Part shown: positions 19,165 through 27,314 of the stretch, piece by piece | Position numbering within the stretch: position 1 is the first letter of the stretch | Layout: the number at the start of each line of letters is the position of its first letter | Assembly: GCA_009782215.1 (NCBI GenBank) | Contig: WRKO01000003.1 | Span: forward strand, 66,514 to 130,513 | DNA: 64,000 nt | Direction: 5' to 3' | Source of the DNA: Oscillospiraceae bacterium | Lineage (GTDB): Bacteria > Bacillota > Clostridia > Oscillospirales > UBA929 | Translations under genes and position numbers: made by a program | The notes under the pieces: model-generated | What the model saw: only the letters and a program-made list of their open reading frames with translations | The model's database searches: none | Told to the model about the DNA's origin: nothing

Positions 19165-19749
19165 TCAGTCAATCCCATTCAGCAGGGTAACCACAAAGGT
19201 CACGGAAACCCGATCCGGCGTTTCCGCGTCAAACGCGGGGGAAAAGGAGAGACGGCTGACGTGGACGGCATTGCTGGCGTCCACCGTATCCAGCAGGCGT
19301 TTGACCGAGTCGTAGCCGCCGCTCACGGACATGGTGGTGGTGACGGTGGAAAACGCGCTGACGCTATGCGCCGCGCCGCCGGGGACGGAGAAAGCGGCCG
19401 GGGCGCCCAGCCCTTGGCTGACGATGTCGAGGTTGTTGTTTCTGCACAGCATAATCAGCATATTGCTCAAATCCGTCGTCGTGTCTGTGCGCACAAAGCG
19501 GTTCTCGATATCCCCATAGGCCGTTTTCGCCCGCAGATGCTCTCCGCGAACCCGTTCCTCCTCGTTCAGGCGCGCCCCGATAACCGCCCATTCGCCGTTC
19601 AGCTCCTCAAGCCGCTCGGTTTTCTCCTTGAATTCATTATACAGCGGGAGAAACCCGAACTGGAACGCCAGATAGAAGAGACCCAAAACGGCGGCGGTGG
19701 CCAAGAGCCGTTTTTCCTTGGGGGTAAGGTTTGTTTTTTCTTTCTGCAT
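19165..19749 (-). CDS. PilO-like pilus assembly protein
   Basis: 194 aa: N-terminal TM helix, then a coiled-coil (KEKTERLEELNGEW..) and an alpha/beta C-terminal domain. Start overlaps the upstream stop (TAATG). Confidence 0.55.
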   Translation of the reverse strand: MQKEKTNLTPKEKRLLATAAVLGLFYLAFQFGFLPLYNEFKEKTERLEELNGEWAVIGARLNEEERVRGEHLRAKTAYGDIENRFVRTDTTTDLSNMLIMLCRNNNLDIVSQGLGAPAAFSVPGGAAHSVSAFSTVTTTMSVSGGYDSVKRLLDTVDASNAVHVSRLSFSPAFDAETPDRVSVTFVVTLLNGID

Positions 19750-21182
19750 TATTCCGCCTCCTCCCCTGTGGCAGCCCTCACGGCCAGCGTAACCTCGATG
19801 TTGAACACCGTCTCGCCCTCGCTGTTTGTGTCAAAGCCCTGATAGCCGATGCTTGCCACCATATCGCTTCCGCTCAGGTTGTTGATATATAGGAGCATAC
19901 TGTCTGAGTCGGGGCTTCTCGCGCTGATTCGGACGCTGTTGCTCCTCTCGTCGTAGTCAAACTGCGTGATCTCCGCCAGACGCCGATGCCCGACGATAAA
20001 CAAGTCCAGCATATCGCTTGAAACTCTGGTCAGGCTTGCGTCCCAGCTTTCCAGCTCCCTGTACTGGCTGTTAATCCCGTTGTATACGCCCGTTTCGGTT
20101 TCGAGACTTTCCAGCTCCGCTTGAAGAACCTCATTGCCGGCGCTGTTTAACTGATGGCTGACGGCGCGTATCTCCTCGTCCAAGTTATACACCTGCCACC
20201 ACATATACCCAATCGGCAGCGCCAGAATCAGCAGGTACAGCAGCAGCAGGGGTAGCGCTTTGTTTCTGGTTTTTTTGCTCTTCACATGCTTATCCAGTTG
20301 CTTGCGCCCGGCAATAAGGTCGATGCAGCCGGCGGGCATCAGCGCGTTGAGGTAGGCGAAATGCGATTCCGGCGGCAGTGCGCCCGTCCCTTCCCCGAAC
20401 AGGTTCAGGAGGCTCATCTGGATGCCTGCGTAGGGGTTGAGCGCCTGAATGAGGCTGACGTCCGTTTCGTTGACGCCAAGGTAGTAGCATTGCGTTATCT
20501 CGGAGAATTTTTGCGAGCGGTTGAAGTTGACCAGACCGTTCAGGTTGTCTAGGATGTTTTGGAATATCTGCTCCTTTGTTTCCCCGTAGAGGCGGGCGCG
20601 TGACATGAAGACGTTGCTTCCGTTTTCAAAAATCATCGAAACCGCCGTAAACCCGTCGAGCAGGGTGAGGACAAACGACCCCTTGCTGAGGGCGGGCGAC
20701 GAATCAATCAGGTTCACGAGGGCTTCGGCGCCGACGCGGATGGAGGTGAGCTTGATTCCGGCGGCTCTGAACGCGTATATATACGCGTCCGCGAGTCCTT
20801 TATCGACGGCACACGCCAAAATCGCGTCTTCCGCCTGCGACTTCAGCTTGTAGTAGCCGCACACCAGTTGGCCGGAGTCGGTGGTCGCGTCGGCAAAGTC
20901 GTCCCGCACAAGCTGTAAATACCGCTTGTGGTTCAGCTTAGGCGTGACCAGCCTGCGGGAGAGGATGGCGCTCCCGTCTACAATGAGCGACGGGGATTTG
21001 AATAAATCGGGGTTTTCCGTGCGCATCGCGGCCAAGCACTCGGTCAGAAAGGAGGCTTCGGTAATCATGCCGTTAATCATTGTCCCCTCCGGGAGGGGAT
21101 ATGTGACATACCGCTTGACCGAACGGCCGGCATAGCCGACGACCTCAATTTTCTCCGCTGAAATATAGATGGAAGATTTCAT
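19749..21182 (-). CDS. PilM-like actin-fold ATPase fused to a PilN-like TM/coiled-coil segment
   Basis: 477 aa. The N-terminal ~300 aa resemble PilM, followed by the TM helix ALPLLLLYLLILALPIGYMWW and a coiled-coil/periplasmic-type domain as in PilN. Confidence 0.6.
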   Translation of the reverse strand: MKSSIYISAEKIEVVGYAGRSVKRYVTYPLPEGTMINGMITEASFLTECLAAMRTENPDLFKSPSLIVDGSAILSRRLVTPKLNHKRYLQLVRDDFADATTDSGQLVCGYYKLKSQAEDAILACAVDKGLADAYIYAFRAAGIKLTSIRVGAEALVNLIDSSPALSKGSFVLTLLDGFTAVSMIFENGSNVFMSRARLYGETKEQIFQNILDNLNGLVNFNRSQKFSEITQCYYLGVNETDVSLIQALNPYAGIQMSLLNLFGEGTGALPPESHFAYLNALMPAGCIDLIAGRKQLDKHVKSKKTRNKALPLLLLYLLILALPIGYMWWQVYNLDEEIRAVSHQLNSAGNEVLQAELESLETETGVYNGINSQYRELESWDASLTRVSSDMLDLFIVGHRRLAEITQFDYDERSNSVRISARSPDSDSMLLYINNLSGSDMVASIGYQGFDTNSEGETVFNIEVTLAVRAATGEEAE

Positions 21183-21196
21183 GTTAGCCCCCTATC

Positions 21197-22393
21197 CTAT
21201 CCTAACATTGACGGGTCTGAATACAGAGACATCATCGGCATTATGACCGACATCATCACAAGGACGATGGCCGCCGCCATGATGACCAGCATGACCGGCT
21301 GCACCAGCTCCACCAGACGCCCGGTGGCCTGCTCCGCCTCAAAGTCAAAGCTATCGGCGATGGATACCAGCATGGTCTCCAGCCGCCCGCTTTCTTCGCC
21401 GATGAGGATGGTGTTGGGCAGTTTATTGTCAAAGCCTTTAATCTTGCGTATGGAGGATGAAAGCGTCTCGCCGTTGCGGACATCCCTGATAACGCCGGAA
21501 AACTGCCCTTCGATGTATTTGTTGCCGATAATCGTCGAGGAAATCTCAAGCGCCTTAATCATCGAAACGCCGCTGGAATAGAGGGAGGAGAGCGTGCGGG
21601 CAAAACGCGCCGTGTAGATGATGTGCATGAGCTTGCCGACAACGGGCATTTTCAGCTTGGACTGGTCGAAGCGGTATCTGACGGACGGCACCCTCAGCAG
21701 ATAGACAATCAGCGAAAAAAGACCCAGCGCCACAAGAATCAGGACATACCATCTGTCCGTCATAAAGTTGCTCATGGCGATGATTCCCCTTGTCAGCGCG
21801 GGCAGTTCCATATCCGAAAGCGCGACAAAGAAATCGGGAAGGATGATGGTGAAGATGGCGATTATCGCCAGAACCATGAAGATGGCCATAATCTTCGGGT
21901 AGTTCATCGCCGATTTGACCTTGCCGTTCAGCCTGTTTTCTTTGTCATAATGGATGGCCATTTTATCGGTGACATTTTCCATCTGCCCGCTGGCTTCACC
22001 CGAGGCGAACATATTGACCAGCAATTCAGGGAAAGCGCGGCCCTGCGCCTTCATCGCCTCCGACATGGTCAGCCCCTGCTGCACGTCCTTGTGAAGGCTT
22101 TCGTAGGCGAGCTTGACTTTGGCTTTTTTGAAGTCGCGGTCTTTGATAATCTCCATCGCGCGCACCGCCGTGATGCCGCTGCTCAGCATACTGGACAACT
22201 GGCGGCAAAACTCGCTTACTTCGTTTGCCTTGAAACGGTATGACGACCTTTTTTCATCCATCGCCTTGAATTTCATCGGGACAAGGCTGCGGCTCCGCAG
22301 GATTCTCCGAAAATCGTCCTCATCCCGCGCGTCTACGGTTGAGGTGAGTTTTTTATTGTCGAGGCCGATTGCCGTGAAATGATACTTGGGCAC
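21197..22393 (-). CDS. pilC: type IV pilus platform protein PilC (GspF family)
   Basis: 398 aa with duplicated GspF-type domains (..FCRQLSSMLSSGITAVRAMEII.. and ..FARTLSSLYSSGVSMIKALEIS..) and three TM segments. Confidence 0.9.
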   Translation of the reverse strand: MPKYHFTAIGLDNKKLTSTVDARDEDDFRRILRSRSLVPMKFKAMDEKRSSYRFKANEVSEFCRQLSSMLSSGITAVRAMEIIKDRDFKKAKVKLAYESLHKDVQQGLTMSEAMKAQGRAFPELLVNMFASGEASGQMENVTDKMAIHYDKENRLNGKVKSAMNYPKIMAIFMVLAIIAIFTIILPDFFVALSDMELPALTRGIIAMSNFMTDRWYVLILVALGLFSLIVYLLRVPSVRYRFDQSKLKMPVVGKLMHIIYTARFARTLSSLYSSGVSMIKALEISSTIIGNKYIEGQFSGVIRDVRNGETLSSSIRKIKGFDNKLPNTILIGEESGRLETMLVSIADSFDFEAEQATGRLVELVQPVMLVIMAAAIVLVMMSVIMPMMSLYSDPSMLG

Positions 22394-22397
22394 CGTT

Positions 22398-23183
22398 TCA
22401 CCTCCCTATAAGCCAGTGTAAGCCAAATAGCCGTAAATATGCCGTTATGACGTTCTCACCGTAGAGCATTGCCGCCGCAACGCCGACGCAGAGAAACGGC
22501 CCGAAAGCGATATGCTCGCCTTTTTTCTTTTTCTTTTTGAGCATCAGATACAGCGCGTAGCTACCGCCGAGCAGAATCGCCGTGAAAAACGCGAACAGTA
22601 CGCTTTGCCAGCCCAGAAGGAACCCGCATACCGCCATTAGCTTGATATCCCCCATCCCGTATGCGCCCTCAATCATCAGCGCTAAAGCCAGCATTGGCAC
22701 ACTGATGGCGGCAAGCCCGATACTGCGGTGAAGAAGCGTAATCTCCGGTCTTGCCCACAGGGCGGCGGCGGCAAACGGAATGAGCGCAATAATCAGACCG
22801 TCGGGAATCTCCATTGTATCCATATCTATCAGCGTTATGGCCAGCAGAATGGCGCAGACGCCGAATGCCAGCGGGGTCATCCACGCAAAGCCGAAGCGGA
22901 GGAAGCAAAGCGCCGCCGCGAGGGCAAAGCCCAACTCCGTCAGCGGATAGCGCGGGGATATCCGCGCCGCGCATGTCCGGCATTTGCCCCGCAGGGCAAC
23001 GTAACTCAGCATCGGAATCAACTGATACCACCGCAGCGTTTCACCGCAGGCGGGACACCTTGACCGTCCTTTGAGGAAGGATTCTCCCGCGACGCTCCTG
23101 AGCGACGCGGCGTTGACAAAACTGCCGAAGCAAGCGCCCAGTACGGCACAGAGAACCGTCGCGGCTATGTCAGCAGACCGCAT
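22398..23183 (-). CDS. pilD: prepilin peptidase (A24 family)
   Basis: Start set at the ATG at 23183, directly after the pilT stop. N-terminal CPACG...CRTC Zn motif and a polytopic membrane body with GMGDIKLM. Confidence 0.9.
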   Translation of the reverse strand: MRSADIAATVLCAVLGACFGSFVNAASLRSVAGESFLKGRSRCPACGETLRWYQLIPMLSYVALRGKCRTCAARISPRYPLTELGFALAAALCFLRFGFAWMTPLAFGVCAILLAITLIDMDTMEIPDGLIIALIPFAAAALWARPEITLLHRSIGLAAISVPMLALALMIEGAYGMGDIKLMAVCGFLLGWQSVLFAFFTAILLGGSYALYLMLKKKKKKGEHIAFGPFLCVGVAAAMLYGENVITAYLRLFGLHWLIGR

Positions 23184-23184
23184 A

Positions 23185-24249
23185 TCACATCCGCCCCACG
23201 GCATTCAAAAATTCTGCCTTATCGCTAGCCTTTTCCATCGCGTCCTCACGCCGCACCACCCCGCGCTGCACCAGCATCGCGAGATAGGAGTCTAACAGAA
23301 CCATGCCCTGCCGCGCGCTGGTTTGGATGGTGGAATCAAGCTGGTGGCACTTGTTTTCACGAATGAGATTGAGAACCGCGTCGGTGCCCAGCATAATTTC
23401 AAACGCCGCCGCGCGTCCATTGCCCTCGGCTTTGGGCAGAAGGGTTTGTGTGATGACGCCCTTGAGGGTGGACGCCAACTGCGTGCGTATCTGTGCCTGA
23501 TTGTGCGGCGGGAACACGTCGATGATACGGTCGATGGTCTTGGCGGCGCCGGTTGTATGCAGGGTGGAGAGAACCAAATGGCCTGTTTCAGCGGCGGTGA
23601 TGGCGGCTGAAATCGTTTCGTAGTCACGCATTTCGCCGACGAGGATGACGTCCGGGTCTTCACGCATCGCGCTTCGCAGCGCCGCGCTGAAGGAGGTGAT
23701 GTCCACGCCGACGTCCCGCTGGTGAATGAGCGACTTCTTCTGGGTGTATACGTATTCGACCGGGTCTTCCACCGTGAGGATATGGCAGGCGCGGGTGGAA
23801 TTGATGTAATCAATCATCGCGGCTAGGGTGGTAGATTTGCCTGAGCCGGTCGGCCCCGTAACCAGCACCAGCCCGCGCGGTTCATCTGAAAGCTGCCGCA
23901 GGACGGGCGGCAGATTGAGTTCCTCGAAGGAGGGTGTTTGGTCGTTGATGATGCGGATGACGCTTGTGAGCTTCCTCTGCTGGCGGAAGATGTTGACGCG
24001 GTGGCGGAGGTTTCTTCCGTTCCCCTCGATGGTGTAGCACATATCCACGTCGTCGCCCGCGTCCAGCGCCTCGCGCTGGTTTTCATCCAGCATGGAGACG
24101 ATTACGGCGTATTTTTCCTCCGGCGAAAGCCTGAATTCGGTTTCCGTGAGCGCCCCGTCAATGCGGAAAACCGGATTGCGGGCGGCTGTGATATGAATAT
24201 CACTGGCACGGCGTTCACGCGCTGTGAGCATGAGCTGTTGAATGTCCAC
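23185..24249 (-). CDS. pilT: twitching-motility retraction ATPase PilT
   Basis: 354 aa. Motifs SDIHI, Walker A GPTGSGKSTT, the His box, and PilT-type AIRNLIRE-like LNLIRENK. Confidence 0.9.
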   Translation of the reverse strand: MDIQQLMLTARERRASDIHITAARNPVFRIDGALTETEFRLSPEEKYAVIVSMLDENQREALDAGDDVDMCYTIEGNGRNLRHRVNIFRQQRKLTSVIRIINDQTPSFEELNLPPVLRQLSDEPRGLVLVTGPTGSGKSTTLAAMIDYINSTRACHILTVEDPVEYVYTQKKSLIHQRDVGVDITSFSAALRSAMREDPDVILVGEMRDYETISAAITAAETGHLVLSTLHTTGAAKTIDRIIDVFPPHNQAQIRTQLASTLKGVITQTLLPKAEGNGRAAAFEIMLGTDAVLNLIRENKCHQLDSTIQTSARQGMVLLDSYLAMLVQRGVVRREDAMEKASDKAEFLNAVGRM

Positions 24250-24262
24250 AAAAACGTCTCCT

Positions 24263-25975
24263 TTATTCCACGAAGTAGGTCAGCCTTAGCAACTCGTCAA
24301 CTGACGTCTTTTTCTCTAAGACCAGCTTGCGCAGGCTGGTTTGCAGGCTTTTCAGCTTGTTGTTTTCTCTGACATAAGCGTAAATGTCGCCGGTGGGCGC
24401 GCCGGTGGTGATGCAGTCGCGGATTTTTCCGTCAATGCCGAGGATTTCGTGTACGGCGACCCGCCCCTTGAAGCCGGTGTTGTTGCAGTTGTGGCAGCCT
24501 TTCCCCCGGGCGAGCAGCAGCGGCGTGCCGCCGCGCATCCCAAGCGCGCGGAGGTCGCTTTCGGACGGCTCGTATTCCTCATAGCAGAACGTGCAGACCT
24601 TCTTGACCAGACGCTGCGCCACGATGCCGACGAGGGAGTTGGCCAGCAGATAGTCCTCGATGCCCATATCCAGCAGACGGACGATGGCGGATACGGAGTC
24701 GTTGGTGTGCAGGCTGCTCATAACAAGATGCCCGGTCAGCGCGGCGCGGACGGAAATGCTGGCCGTTTCCGCGTCACGCGTCTCCCCTATCATCACGATA
24801 TCGGGATCCTGACGCAGGATGGAGCGCAAGCCTGTTTCAAAGGTCAGGCCGGCAAGGGGGTTGATTTGCGTTTGGTTGATTCTCGCCAGCGTCCGCTCCA
24901 CCGGGTCTTCTATGGTGGAGATATTGACAAAACGCTTGGCGAGAAACTCCATAATCATATATAGCGTGGTGGTTTTGCCGCTTCCGGTCGGCCCGGTGAT
25001 GTAGATGATGCCGTGCGGCACTTGCAGCATGGCGATCATTTTATCGTAGTCGTCCCGCTCCATGCCGAAGGTGCCCGCGTGGTCGAGAACGGTGGACTGG
25101 CTCATAAAACGCATGACGATTTTTTCGCCGTAGACGGTGGGCAGGCTTGAAACGCGGACGTTGATTTCGATGTCTTGCAGTTTTGCGCGGAAATGGCCGT
25201 CCTGCGGGGCGCGTTTCTCCGCGATATCCAGATTGGCCAGTATCTTGATGCGGGCGATGATGGAATTATGCAGGGACGACGACAGGCTCAGATAGTCTAC
25301 AATCTGCCCGTCTACGCGTATGCGCACATAGGTGTTTTCCTCGAACGGCTCTACGTGGATGTCGCTCGCCCCGGCGCTGTGGGCTTTGTAGAGGGCGGAG
25401 TTAATCAGCGTGACGACCGGGGTGTCGTCCGCCGATTCGGAAATATCGACGTATGTGAACGCGCTGGCTTGCCCGGCCACCGCTTCGTTGGCGCCGGTCG
25501 CGGCCTTCTGCGTTTCAATTTCGGAGTAGTATTCGCTGATGGCTCTTGAGATGTCGTCGCGGTTGCATACCTGCACCTCAATCTGCATATGGGTGATGAG
25601 CTTGACGTCCTCGATGGCGTAATAGTTCAGCGGGTCGTTGATGTTGACGCGCAGAACCGGCCCGTTGGCGGCGATGGCAATCAGGCAGTGCTTGGACGCG
25701 ACGGCTTTGGGAATCTTTCTCACCGCTTCCAAGTCCACCGGCGCGTCGCTCATCGACACATACGGGATGCTTAGGCGTCTGGAGAGAGCTGTGTTGAGGC
25801 GGTCTTCCGTGATGATGTTGTTCTCAATCAAAGCCTCGCCCAAGCGTTTTTTGACGCCGGAGGCTTTTTGCAGGTTCATCACATGCTCAATTTGCTCTTC
25901 TGTGACATATCCCGCTTCTTTCAAGACGTCTCCGAGCCTTAATTGAGTCGGCATCGTCGCCATTTTCGCGTTCAA
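24263..25975 (-). CDS. pilB: type IV pilus assembly ATPase PilB (GspE family)
   Basis: 570 aa. N-terminal T2SSE_N-type domain (LGDVLKEAGYVTEEQI...), Walker A GPTGSGKTTT, and a tetra-Cys motif (C..C...C..C). Confidence 0.9.
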   Translation of the reverse strand: MNAKMATMPTQLRLGDVLKEAGYVTEEQIEHVMNLQKASGVKKRLGEALIENNIITEDRLNTALSRRLSIPYVSMSDAPVDLEAVRKIPKAVASKHCLIAIAANGPVLRVNINDPLNYYAIEDVKLITHMQIEVQVCNRDDISRAISEYYSEIETQKAATGANEAVAGQASAFTYVDISESADDTPVVTLINSALYKAHSAGASDIHVEPFEENTYVRIRVDGQIVDYLSLSSSLHNSIIARIKILANLDIAEKRAPQDGHFRAKLQDIEINVRVSSLPTVYGEKIVMRFMSQSTVLDHAGTFGMERDDYDKMIAMLQVPHGIIYITGPTGSGKTTTLYMIMEFLAKRFVNISTIEDPVERTLARINQTQINPLAGLTFETGLRSILRQDPDIVMIGETRDAETASISVRAALTGHLVMSSLHTNDSVSAIVRLLDMGIEDYLLANSLVGIVAQRLVKKVCTFCYEEYEPSESDLRALGMRGGTPLLLARGKGCHNCNNTGFKGRVAVHEILGIDGKIRDCITTGAPTGDIYAYVRENNKLKSLQTSLRKLVLEKKTSVDELLRLTYFVE

Positions 25976-26035
25976 CCCCCAACGCGGTCAAATTTTCCCG
26001 TCCCAACGCCTGCAACCGCCAAACAGACTTATATT

Positions 26036-26064
26036 ATTATACCAAAGGCATATCATTTTAGCAA
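26036..26064 (-). promoter_or_regulatory. candidate promoter of the pil operon
   Basis: Reverse strand reads TTGCTA, 17 nt, TATAAT, with TGn. Confidence 0.5.
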
Positions 26065-26103
26065 GCGTTTTTTATCGGGGGAGAAGTGGGGGTGCTTATT
26101 ATC

Positions 26104-26340
26104 TCATTTCTCAATTTCGATTCCACAGTATCTGCACCGATATACTTGACGAACGGATTGCCCAGAACTATGACCTTGCCATGTGTATGTTTTTGTGCCA
26201 ATATACTCCGTGTCGTTATGTATACATGAAAGTCTCTTTTCCTTTTCTTTCTTTGCATTTTTTATGATAAAATATATCGGCAATATACCCATCGACAGAA
26301 TAATTAACACGCCGATAATCCCAGTCGCAACCTCACCCAT
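26104..26340 (-). CDS. small membrane protein (78 aa) with a C-terminal Cys pair
   Basis: GAGGAGG SD. TM helix GIIGVLIILSMGILPIYFII, a basic linker, and C...CRYC. Has its own promoter. Confidence 0.5.
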   Translation of the reverse strand: MGEVATGIIGVLIILSMGILPIYFIIKNAKKEKEKRLSCIHNDTEYIGTKTYTWQGHSSGQSVRQVYRCRYCGIEIEK

Positions 26341-26413
26341 AATACACCTCCTCTATAAATTACTATATTCCACGCCCCACATCAACGCCGAGCGCGGAAA
26401 AGATTTCTTGGTC

Positions 26414-26442
26414 ATTTTAACACATTTTTATAGGAATGTCAA
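26414..26442 (-). promoter_or_regulatory. promoter of the 78-aa gene
   Basis: Reverse strand reads TTGACA, 17 nt, TAAAAT, with TGn. Confidence 0.5.
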
Positions 26443-26461
26443 ACAAAAAAAGAAGATTTAA

Positions 26462-26845
26462 TTAAAACACACATTGAACATCATACTTTTGGATGTCTTC
26501 ATCCGCGGTTATGAGCGTCATATTTTCGGCGAGGGCAGTTGCGATAATGAGCCTGTCGAACGGGTCGCGGTGGTGAAGCGGCAGGGTAAAAAGCCGTTCT
26601 ATGTGTTCGTCCCGTATGGGCAGGACGTTAAAGTAATTGTCGTTTATAAGTTGGCGCAGAGCTGAAAAACCGCCGAGAAATTTATATTTACCGATATTCA
26701 TTTTAAGCGCGACTTCCCATAACGAAACGACACTGACGAAGCATTGATTCGTAGGACTGAAAATATTTGATTTGGCTTTATCGGACAGCTTAATATCGTT
26801 TTCAAACAGCCAAAGCACTATTTGAGTATCAAGTAGACATTTCAT
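26462..26845 (-). CDS. vapC: PIN-domain toxin (VapC family)
   Basis: 127 aa. LLDTQI at the N-terminus, SLWEV, and DPFDRLIIATA..LITAD are typical PIN acidic-residue motifs. 4-nt overlap with the upstream antitoxin. Confidence 0.85.
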   Translation of the reverse strand: MKCLLDTQIVLWLFENDIKLSDKAKSNIFSPTNQCFVSVVSLWEVALKMNIGKYKFLGGFSALRQLINDNYFNVLPIRDEHIERLFTLPLHHRDPFDRLIIATALAENMTLITADEDIQKYDVQCVF

Positions 26846-27081
26846 TCCATATACTTCCTTAACTCTTCAAGGGGGGCGTTGAAGTCGTCGGCTGTCCATG
26901 TTTTACCTTTCATGCAGCCGAACAGAGCCTTTCGTCTTTCAACAATTTCTTCGGGTGTTATAGGGTTTGTCATAGGTTTAGGCTCTACCATAACCATGTC
27001 GCGCAGGAAAATGCTAACCGCCCTCAAAGTGTTTTCCGGCAGCAGTTCGATGTCTCTGTGCAGTTGTTGTCTGAGTTCCAT
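26842..27081 (-). CDS. type II antitoxin partner of VapC
   Basis: 79 aa, translationally coupled to the PIN gene. Its position and size are typical of an antitoxin. Confidence 0.65.
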   Translation of the reverse strand: MELRQQLHRDIELLPENTLRAVSIFLRDMVMVEPKPMTNPITPEEIVERRKALFGCMKGKTWTADDFNAPLEELRKYME

Positions 27082-27121
27082 ATCATCACCTCTTTCAGAC
27101 TGTTAAGGGATTTCCGCAGTA

Positions 27122-27150
27122 ATTATAACACAGATTTGCTGTTTTTTCAA
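27122..27150 (-). promoter_or_regulatory. promoter of the vapBC pair
   Basis: Reverse strand reads TTGAAA, 17 nt, TATAAT, with TGn. Confidence 0.55.
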
Positions 27151-27314
27151 GCCATCGAACCAATTTTTCGGTTTTTGAATGGAGAGGGCGGCCTGCTGGA
27201 TGCGTCTTAGCGGGAAAAAGCGACCTCTTGCGGGGGTGTTTCCACCTCTTGGGGGATGCGAATTGACAGCTATCGCGGCGTGTGATACCATGACTTCGAC
27301 AAGGGGGTATTCAT

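Noticed and set aside
26048-27085. 8-mer CATATCAT present near both ends of the vapBC AT-rich block as possible flanking direct repeats
   Set aside because: It is too short to distinguish from chance in AT-rich DNA, and there is no extended similarity around either copy.
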